Shown one piece after another: positions 35,740 to 43,332 of a DNA stretch of 64,000 nt. The stretch is from Bacteroidota bacterium. GTDB lineage: Bacteria; Bacteroidota; Ignavibacteria; UBA10030; UBA8401. Both the position numbers and the translations under genes were made by a program. Every line of letters begins with the position of its first letter. The first letter of the stretch is position 1. A model generated the notes under the pieces. The model did no database searches, was not told the DNA's origin, and saw only the letters and a list, made by a program, of their open reading frames with translations. Where the stretch lies: NCBI GenBank assembly GCA_020052095.1, contig JAGVPT010000096.1:8571-72570 (forward strand), given 5' to 3'.

Positions 35740-38058
35740 TTGCTGCACACTCCTACGCAGTTACTCAGGCGATTGAAAAAGGTGAAAGATTCTATCGTGG
35801 ACAGAAATCTTAAGGAGAATTTTCCACAGCCCGTTAAGTTGTTTTGGGAATCCAACTCCCAAGGGGATCACTTCGTGACCTTTGGACTGGTTCTGGTGCT
35901 TCTGATTGGGTTTACTCCTACCCTACAAGCACAGCAGAAAACGGGAATCCTCGAAGGTGCGGTATTCGACAAGAACACGAAACAGACCATCGAGTTGGTG
36001 AATGTGTTGATCGAAGGAACTGCCATGGGAACTGCCACCGATTCAGAAGGTCGTTACAACATTCAAAACATCTCTATTGGTTTCTATACAGTTCGCATAT
36101 CGATCATCGGATATAAGGAACGAAGGCTTTCAAATGTTCAAATCAAGTCCGGGAAGAACGTGCTCAATGCCGTTCTGGAAGAAATCTCGATTCAAGCAGA
36201 TGAAGTTGTTGTGATGCCAAAGCCTGAACGATACGATGCAAGCGGCATCTCGGCCCGTCTCGGGAAGGATATGGTCGCTTCAGCTACCGGCTCCGCACAG
36301 GATATCTTCTGGGTTATTCAAACGCTGCCTGGTATTGCTTCCGACGGCGATAATTCAAAACTCTACGTGCGCGGCGGAAGTCCGGACGAAAATCTTGTTC
36401 TTTTCGATGGCGCGACGATTGGAAATCCCTTTCACTTCGATATGATGGGAGGCGGATTTTATAGCATTTTCAATTCGCGATTAGTCGATAAGGTTGAATT
36501 CTACGCAGGCGGCTTCCCTGCTCGGTATGGCGACAAACTCTCATCAGTTTTGGATATCGAAAATCGCACAGCGGATTTTGAGAAGACCAAAGGTGAATTG
36601 TCGCTCAGCATGTCTGATGTAAGTGGAGTGCTTGAAGCTCCTCTGACCTTCGCGAACGGATCTGCGCTTCTTTCTGCTCGCAGAAGTTATTTCGATGCCT
36701 TCCTCAAGTATACGGATCTTGCAGGACAATATGATGTGCTTCCTTATTTCTTCGACATCAACTCGAAGCTCGATTTCAACCTCTCCCAGCAGCACAAACT
36801 TACACTCTCCGGCTTGTTTTCTCGGGAACGTATGTACGCCTACTTCGACGAAAATCCACATTACACAGGAGACTTTTCCTTTGAAAGCAGAAATGGCGTG
36901 GCGACCGCCCGACTTCGCTCCGTGTTGACCGATTTGTTCCTGTCAGATCTTATCCTCTCGTGGAGCAGTGTGAAGAGATCTTCTGTTCAGCCAGGCGGAG
37001 GTTTTGAAGAATTAACTGATCAGGTGCTAAGCGTGAAACAGGATTTCGCGACGATCCTCCCCAGTCACGAACTTCACGTAGGCGCCTGGTTTGTTTTGGA
37101 GAGACAGAATGTTCAGATCAATCTTCCCATGGAAAGTGCAATCAACTTTGACGAGCTCAAGCTTCGCGGAGACGGCAACTCGTTCAAGCCCTCTTTGTAT
37201 GTCGACGATAAATGGACCATCAGCTCGACTCTGATAGCAACTTTGGGTTTGCGGTACGATTATGTTGCGAGAAGTAAGGAGGGTGCCCTTTCACCGCGCA
37301 TCAATATTGCATACGCGTGGAACGATCACATGAGTTTGTCGGCAGATTACGGTTGGTACTATCAGTCGCCGAAAGCCTATGAGCTTGTCATTAACAACAA
37401 CTTGCGATCGAGGAAAGCTGAGAGCTACGGCATTGGAATGAAACATCAGATTGGAGATGAGATCGTTGTCAGCATCGAGGCATATAATAAAAACCTTTCC
37501 CAGCTTATCACAATTGATTCGCTTTGGAATCTTTCGAACGACGGATATGGGTACTCGCGAGGAGCCGAATTCTATATTCAGCTTAAATTGCCATCAGGGT
37601 TCTCCGGATGGCTTTCATATACATATTCGGCTTCAAAACGCAAAGAAGGAACCAATCCGGATCTTCATTATTTCGATTTTGATCGCCCTCATATGATCAG
37701 CCTGGTTGCCAATTATCGCTTTGGAGAGTACTGGCAGGCAGGCGCTCGCTTTCGGTACGGAAGTGGGAAGCCATATACCCCCGTTGCGTCGGCATTCTAT
37801 AATCCTGCCGCAGGACATTGGTTCCCAATTCCGGGAGAACATAACTCAGGCCGCTTCCCAGACTACAGCCGGCTCGATATTCGCGTGACGCGGCACTTTC
37901 AATTTGAAACGTTCGACCTAGATGTTTATCTCGAACTCCTGAATTTATATAACCGAAAGAATCCAATTCATTTTATGTGGGATGAAACTTATTCGAGCAA
38001 AGACCCCGTCACGGTTTTTCCATTCCTTCCAGTGTTGGGAGTGAGCGCACGATTTTGA
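35740..38058 (+). CDS. TonB-dependent outer-membrane receptor with CarboxypepD_reg-like N-domain
   Basis: GILEGAVFDKNTKQ...GRYNIQNISIGFYTV, a plug (LPGIASDG..LYVRGGSPDENLVLFDG) and a beta-barrel ending in ...GVSARF. The true start is probably an internal TTG/GTG (35839 or 35875) just before the signal peptide. Confidence 0.85.
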   Translation: MLHTPTQLLRRLKKVKDSIVDRNLKENFPQPVKLFWESNSQGDHFVTFGLVLVLLIGFTPTLQAQQKTGILEGAVFDKNTKQTIELVNVLIEGTAMGTATDSEGRYNIQNISIGFYTVRISIIGYKERRLSNVQIKSGKNVLNAVLEEISIQADEVVVMPKPERYDASGISARLGKDMVASATGSAQDIFWVIQTLPGIASDGDNSKLYVRGGSPDENLVLFDGATIGNPFHFDMMGGGFYSIFNSRLVDKVEFYAGGFPARYGDKLSSVLDIENRTADFEKTKGELSLSMSDVSGVLEAPLTFANGSALLSARRSYFDAFLKYTDLAGQYDVLPYFFDINSKLDFNLSQQHKLTLSGLFSRERMYAYFDENPHYTGDFSFESRNGVATARLRSVLTDLFLSDLILSWSSVKRSSVQPGGGFEELTDQVLSVKQDFATILPSHELHVGAWFVLERQNVQINLPMESAINFDELKLRGDGNSFKPSLYVDDKWTISSTLIATLGLRYDYVARSKEGALSPRINIAYAWNDHMSLSADYGWYYQSPKAYELVINNNLRSRKAESYGIGMKHQIGDEIVVSIEAYNKNLSQLITIDSLWNLSNDGYGYSRGAEFYIQLKLPSGFSGWLSYTYSASKRKEGTNPDLHYFDFDRPHMISLVANYRFGEYWQAGARFRYGSGKPYTPVASAFYNPAAGHWFPIPGEHNSGRFPDYSRLDIRVTRHFQFETFDLDVYLELLNLYNRKNPIHFMWDETYSSKDPVTVFPFLPVLGVSARF

Positions 38059-38099
38059 ATAAAATGTTACAATGAAAAACACTTTAAGGAGATATTACT

Positions 38100-38771
38100 A
38101 TGGCAAACTATTGTTCACACTGTGGAAAGCCCATGGTGCAAAATGCGAACTATTGCACACATTGCGGGACAACAATCAAGGGAGCGGAACTGAAACAGCG
38201 GCTTCAACACAAACGAGAAAAAGTGGTAGGAACCGTGGGTCCGCAAAAGAAGAATTGGATTCGAACGGGGATTATTCTGGGCGTGCTCAGCTTGTTTGGC
38301 GTTTGGATTTATGCAAACTTGCCCAAAAGGGGCAACCCGATAATCGCATCTCAGCCCGTTGTCGCTGTTGCCGCTACTTACTCGCAAGCACCACAGCAAA
38401 TGGTTGATATTTCTGCAAGAACGGAAAACGGAAAGATCGTTATCTCGTTGGAGGTTGTGCAACAACGAAAATTCGTCGCATTCTCTTCCAATAATCCACA
38501 AAACACAGTGCCATTGCTTGCGTATGTCTCCGGTGAGGGAAAAATTATTACGGCAGTCAGCATGTGTGAGCCCTGCAACTCGCAACGTTTTCATATCCAA
38601 GAGGATAAGCTCGTTTGTAATGCGTGCGGCTCGACATGGGAATTGAATGACTTAGAAGCTGTCAGCGGCAGCTGCGCAAAATTTCCTCCTGATGCTGTTC
38701 CGAACGTCACTGTGAACAACGAAATCCAGATTGATGAAAATATCGTTGCACGCTGGCGACGGAGAATTTAA
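38100..38771 (+). CDS. Zinc-ribbon - TM - DUF2318-like periplasmic Cys-motif protein (paralog 1)
   Basis: N-terminus CSHCG...YCTHCG, one TM, and a C-terminal domain AVSMCEPCNSQRFHIQEDKLVCNACGSTWELNDLEAVSGSCAKFPPD. Confidence 0.7.
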   Translation: MANYCSHCGKPMVQNANYCTHCGTTIKGAELKQRLQHKREKVVGTVGPQKKNWIRTGIILGVLSLFGVWIYANLPKRGNPIIASQPVVAVAATYSQAPQQMVDISARTENGKIVISLEVVQQRKFVAFSSNNPQNTVPLLAYVSGEGKIITAVSMCEPCNSQRFHIQEDKLVCNACGSTWELNDLEAVSGSCAKFPPDAVPNVTVNNEIQIDENIVARWRRRI

Positions 38772-38831
38772 CGGGTTGCAGAAATCGCAAATCTTAAATT
38801 GAAAATCGCAAATCGTCAATCGACAATCTCT

Positions 38832-39992
38832 ATGAAGCTCTACAATATTTCGCTTAATAATCTTTACCGCCGGAGAATGAAGGTTGTATTTCTTGTTCTC
38901 GGACTTGTGATCGGCGTAAGCACTGTTGTAACGCTCATGACAGTGTCTGATGCCATGAATGCGGATATCGCGAAAAAGCTGGATGAATTTGGCGCGAACA
39001 TCCTTATCGTCCCCAAGTCAGACGATCTTTCCTTGAGTTACGGTGGGATGTCCATTTCCGGCGTATCCTTTGATGTACGCCAGTTGCGGGAAGAGGATGT
39101 GCAGAAGATCAAATCAATCAAGAATCGCAACAACATCAGTATCGTTGCACCAAAATTGTTGAACGTGACAAAGATACAGCGGCGCGATGTTTTTGTTGTA
39201 GGTGTGGATTTCAAGCAAGAATTCCGGATGAAAAAGTGGTGGTCAATTGCAGGGAAAAAACCTCAGCATGGCGATGAGGCTCTCCTCGGCGCTGAAGCAA
39301 AAGACAAACTTGGCATTGGCGTGAATCAAACCTTCGAGGTTGAGGGAAAGAAGTTCACTGTTGCGGGAATTCTTGCGCCGACAGGTTCACAAGATGACGG
39401 CATCGTATTTATTGATATGAAAGAGGCCCAACGAATTTTCGGAAAGCCAGACCGCTTGAGCATGATTGAAGTTGCTGCTCTTTGCTACGACTGCCCGATT
39501 GAAGAAATTGTCCGCCAGATATCCGAACAACTCCCCGGCGCGAAGGTTACGGCGATTCGTCAAGCTATAGAATCGAAAATGGAAGCGATGCACAGGTTTC
39601 AACATTTTTCAGTTGGAATTTCTTTAGTCGTGCTATTTATTGGAGCATTAATTGTTTTCACAACAATGACTGCCGCTGTGAACGAACGAACACGAGAGAT
39701 CGGAATTTTTCGATCTATCGGATTTCGGCAGACGCATATTATGATGATCATTCTTACTGAAGCGCTCCTCACAAGTTTCTTAGCAGGGCTCGTCGGATAT
39801 TTTCTCGGATTCTCTGTCTCACGGTTTGTTGCTCCCCTCGTTATTATGAATGGCGGACCTGAAATGCCATTCAATCATCAATTGTTAATCTTCTCGATTG
39901 CGCTTGCGGTGTTACTTGGCATGGCATCCAGCATCTACCCTGCCTACAAAGCATCGAGACTTGACCCAATTGTTGCATTGAAATCGTTGTAG
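38832..39992 (+). CDS. MacB/FtsX-type ABC transporter permease
   Basis: TM1, a large periplasmic domain, then three C-terminal TMs with the FtsX pattern (REIGIFRSIGFRQTHIMMIIL; ends AYKASRLDPIVALKSL). Confidence 0.85.
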   Translation: MKLYNISLNNLYRRRMKVVFLVLGLVIGVSTVVTLMTVSDAMNADIAKKLDEFGANILIVPKSDDLSLSYGGMSISGVSFDVRQLREEDVQKIKSIKNRNNISIVAPKLLNVTKIQRRDVFVVGVDFKQEFRMKKWWSIAGKKPQHGDEALLGAEAKDKLGIGVNQTFEVEGKKFTVAGILAPTGSQDDGIVFIDMKEAQRIFGKPDRLSMIEVAALCYDCPIEEIVRQISEQLPGAKVTAIRQAIESKMEAMHRFQHFSVGISLVVLFIGALIVFTTMTAAVNERTREIGIFRSIGFRQTHIMMIILTEALLTSFLAGLVGYFLGFSVSRFVAPLVIMNGGPEMPFNHQLLIFSIALAVLLGMASSIYPAYKASRLDPIVALKSL

Positions 39993-40016
39993 GAGTTGAA
40001 CGAAGCGAGAAAGCGT

Positions 40017-40721
40017 ATGAGCAATCATCAGAATGAAATCAAGAACACAGCAATGAGTTTCTTGGAAGTACAAAACGTATCAAAGATTTATCAGGCAGGT
40101 CGCGAACATGTCAGCGCGGTGAATGGAATAACATCGCAAGTAATGCAAGGTGAGTTCATCTCTGTTACGGGTCCTTCCGGCTCAGGCAAAAGCACGCTTT
40201 TATCAATTCTCGGCGGATTGAATCATCCCACTGAAGGAAAACTTCTTGTCGATGGAATAGACGTGTATGAACTCTCAGTCGAACAGCGCGCAGACTTTCG
40301 ACGAGAATACTTGGGTTTTGTTTTCCAATCGTTTCAGTTAATTCCTTATCTGACTGTGGCTGAAAACGTGTTGCTTCCCCTTACAGTGAGTTCTCACTCG
40401 AACAGCGAACAAAAGGAAATGGCTCTTAGCATTTTGGAAAAGGTCGGACTTACGCATAAAACGCGTCGCCTTCCTGACGAACTCAGCGGAGGTGAACAAC
40501 AGCGCGTCGCCATTGCCCGTGCATTGATTAATCAACCGCCTATTATTCTCGCCGATGAGCCAACCGGCAATCTCGATTCGGCAACAAGCGAAGAGATCAT
40601 GAAACTCTTTCAGGCTCTGAACAGCGAAGGAATTACGATGATTATGGTAACTCATAATCCAGACAACATTCGGTACGCCCGGCGCTGCATCTCTTTGCGC
40701 GACGGAAAGCTCGTAAACTAA
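40017..40721 (+). CDS. ABC transporter ATP-binding protein (MacB/LolD-type)
   Basis: Walker A GPSGSGKST, Q-loop, signature LSGGEQQRVAIARAL and Walker B IILADEPTGNLD. The start is uncertain (TTG 39996, ATG 40017 or ATG 40053). Confidence 0.9.
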   Translation: MSNHQNEIKNTAMSFLEVQNVSKIYQAGREHVSAVNGITSQVMQGEFISVTGPSGSGKSTLLSILGGLNHPTEGKLLVDGIDVYELSVEQRADFRREYLGFVFQSFQLIPYLTVAENVLLPLTVSSHSNSEQKEMALSILEKVGLTHKTRRLPDELSGGEQQRVAIARALINQPPIILADEPTGNLDSATSEEIMKLFQALNSEGITMIMVTHNPDNIRYARRCISLRDGKLVN

Positions 40722-40756
40722 ATCCCTCAACTGCATATTTCTAGAAGAATTCACCT

Positions 40757-41743
40757 GTGCGATACATTTACCGCCGTGATAATCCTTTCGAAGGTTTACT
40801 CAAGACAGCGATATATTTTCTTTTCTGCTTCATACTTTCACAACGTTGTTTCGCCTTTCAATATGAGTTTATCAGTGCCAAGAAGCCGAAATCGGACGCC
40901 TTCTTTTCATCACGTAAGTTTCAAACTAGTTTTGGAGATACTGTCGTGGTCCAAACCGAATCCCGCGGTTCGCTTCTCTGGAGCAACATGTTTGTGAATA
41001 TTCCTCGGGACTGGGTTCGCTGGTCACAAATCTCGTTTCGACACGATAAGATTGGTATGTGGGTGGCTGTTACAAGCTCAACGGCATTGCTGATCGCGAC
41101 AGATGCAAAAACCTACGAGCCTTCAAAGAAATTCTATGACAGCGATCCGGCAAGGGCATTCTATAATAGACTCTTCGCCGAACTATGAGACGGTAGGACT
41201 CAATTTAGTCTGGCGGCTGCGTTCGCACTTTATGGATGGGTCGCGGACGACGCAAAAGCCGTCAAAGTTGCAACTCAAATAGTCGAAACTGTCCTTGCGT
41301 CAGGAACCGTTATTCAAGTCTTGAAGCATTCGACGGGTAGAGAAAGCCCCTTTGTGAGGGGCTCGCCGACAGGAACGTGGAAATTCTTCGCGAGTCCCAT
41401 CGAATACCACGGAAGGATTCCTGCGTACGATGCCTGTCCTTCAGGTCATGTGGCTACGTCGCTCGCAACAGTCATTGTCCTTGCAGAGAACTATCCGGAC
41501 GTGAAATGGATACGGCCTCTCGGCCACACGCTCGTGGCAGGTGTTGCAGTCGGAATGGCCAACAATGGCATTCACTGGTACAGCGATTATCCGATTTCCA
41601 TCGCGCTCGGATATTATTCTGGAATGATTGCTGCCCATCCGGATGGATTTGCTCTTGGCGATGATGACCAGACTGTGCAGATGAGTTTAGTCCCCATTGT
41701 TCGACCAGAAGGAGCAGGTCTTTCATTGATGATGACCTTCTGA
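40757..41743 (+). pseudogene. PAP2-family phosphatase interrupted by a single in-frame TGA (41186-41188)
   Basis: ORFs 40757..41188 and 41321..41743 are in the same frame, and the 132 nt between them has no other stop. Read-through gives a contiguous membrane protein carrying KHSTGRESP, PSGH and HWYSD PAP2 motifs. Confidence 0.7.
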
Positions 41744-41959
41744 GTTATTATTGAGAAGTGTGATTTGCAAATGAACTAACAACGAATCAAGAAAAAGGTT
41801 CGAGGTAACGCTCGCACGGATGCTTTAATGCTCGCCATACTGGCCCCGCGATTTTTCTTTGCCACTGTAAGATTCTTCTTGCATTACGCCGTTATGTTTT
41901 ATATTTTCTACAAGTTATCATCAATTAACAAACGTTCGATTTACTTCAAAAGGAGCCTT

Positions 41960-42214
41960 ATGAGAAAATTCATCGCGCTGTCTGTCTTCATTTTTCTAGT
42001 AAGTAGTGTCGCAATACCTCAAGCGGCCACAAGCACGGGGGAGAAAAAAGAAACAAAATCGGCAACTCACAAGCATCACGACAAGAAAGACGGATGCTGC
42101 TGTATGAAGAATATGAGCGAGGAAAAAAAGGGGGATGGCTGCACGATGGATTCAAAAAAGGAGTCTGAGAAAGAACCAAAAGAGGAATCAAAAAAGGAAA
42201 CCGAAAAGAAATAA
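41960..42214 (+). CDS. Small secreted Lys/Glu-rich protein with CCCM motif
   Basis: AAGGAG RBS and a signal peptide. THKHHDKKDGCCCMKNM...GDGCTMD, with a strong terminator right after the gene. Confidence 0.5.
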   Translation: MRKFIALSVFIFLVSSVAIPQAATSTGEKKETKSATHKHHDKKDGCCCMKNMSEEKKGDGCTMDSKKESEKEPKEESKKETEKK

Positions 42215-42230
42215 CGCGTCGGTTGTTCGA

Positions 42231-42268
42231 AATAAACCTGTGATGCTTTCCATTGTCACAGGTTTATT
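42231..42268 (+). terminator. Rho-independent terminator
   Basis: Perfect 13-bp stem aataaacctgtga / tcacaggtttatt with a 12-nt loop, followed by a T-rich tract. Confidence 0.6.
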
Positions 42269-42310
42269 CATTTTATACTCGATCACTTCCACAACCCACA
42301 GGCGGTCGGA

Positions 42311-42967
42311 ATGAGATGCTCAAATTGCGGCAATGAGCTGAGGAAGGATGTTCTGTTTTGTCCACACTGCGGCACGAAGATTTTTGATAAAAGTGCTCTC
42401 CCTTCATCATCGCGTGTGCCGGGGAAGAAAAGCATGGGCACACGAGCAAAGATCGTATATTCAGCCATCGCCGCTGCCTTGCTGATCGGTATGGGGGTTG
42501 TCTTCGTGCGGAGTCTTCCGGGCGGCGACCATCCCGTTATTCAGAACCAACCGACAATTCCGCAAGCAGAAAATTATGACGGCGTGAAATTGACGATGAC
42601 GCCAATTCCATCAAAAGTGGAAAACGGTTTCATTATTATTTCCCTTTCACAAGTCATCGAAAAGAAAATGGTCTCGTTCACGTATGATGGCAAGACAACT
42701 AAAGTTGACCTGATGGCGTACATCAATCCGCAAGGCAAGCTCGTGACCTCAATTGCAATGTGCGAGCCGTGTAATTCAAAAAGCTTCCACAGTGAATCGC
42801 AAGATCTGGTGTGCGACAATTGCGGCACACGCTGGAATTTCACGACTCTCGAGGGAATTAGCGGATCGTGCCAAAAATATCCGCCAGATCCGGTTCCGAG
42901 CGAGATTGCGGGAGAAGAAGTGCGTATCAGCAAGAAGCTCGTCGAAGGATGGAAATTGAGAATATGA
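42311..42967 (+). CDS. Zinc-ribbon - TM - DUF2318-like periplasmic Cys-motif protein (paralog 2)
   Basis: N-terminus CSNCG...FCPHCG, one TM, and SIAMCEPCNSKSFHSESQDLVCDNCGTRWNFTTLEGISGSCQKYPPD. The C-terminal ...GWKLRI parallels ...ARWRRRI in paralog 1. Confidence 0.7.
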   Translation: MRCSNCGNELRKDVLFCPHCGTKIFDKSALPSSSRVPGKKSMGTRAKIVYSAIAAALLIGMGVVFVRSLPGGDHPVIQNQPTIPQAENYDGVKLTMTPIPSKVENGFIIISLSQVIEKKMVSFTYDGKTTKVDLMAYINPQGKLVTSIAMCEPCNSKSFHSESQDLVCDNCGTRWNFTTLEGISGSCQKYPPDPVPSEIAGEEVRISKKLVEGWKLRI

Positions 42968-43320
42968 GGAAAACGTTCCTTTTTATTTGCGCCGCGTTCA
43001 TTCTTTCGTTGCCCGGCTGCAGGAGATCGACGACCGGGAATACAGCGTCAACAACAAGCACCGCAGCCATTGCTGCAATCAACCTGCCAACACTGAAATG
43101 CAATACCTGTGTCGCAACGGTAAAGAGAACTGTTGCGTCGATGGATGGAGTTGAAAGCGCGGAAGTAGATTTGAAGGCAAAAAACGTAACAGTGCACTAT
43201 TTGGCGGCAAAACTGGATATAGGAAGGATCGAAACCGGAATAAGCAGCGCAGGATACGACGCAAACGACGTAAGGCGGGATTCAACCGCGTACAGGAACT
43301 TGCCGGAGTGCTGCAAGTAA
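42964..43320 (+). CDS. HMA (heavy-metal-associated) domain lipoprotein
   Basis: ATGA overlap with the upstream stop and lipobox LSLPGC. HMA fold with LKCNTCVATVKRTVASMDGVESAEVDL and a C-terminal PECCK. Confidence 0.75.
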   Translation: MRKTFLFICAAFILSLPGCRRSTTGNTASTTSTAAIAAINLPTLKCNTCVATVKRTVASMDGVESAEVDLKAKNVTVHYLAAKLDIGRIETGISSAGYDANDVRRDSTAYRNLPECCK

Positions 43321-43332
43321 GAGCCTCTACGG

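Noticed and set aside
41186-41188. TGA in the PAP2 gene as selenocysteine or reassigned codon
   Set aside because: PAP2 enzymes are not known selenoproteins, I saw no SECIS-like hairpin immediately downstream, and TGA terminates several well-defined genes in this window. A nonsense mutation or base-call error is more parsimonious.
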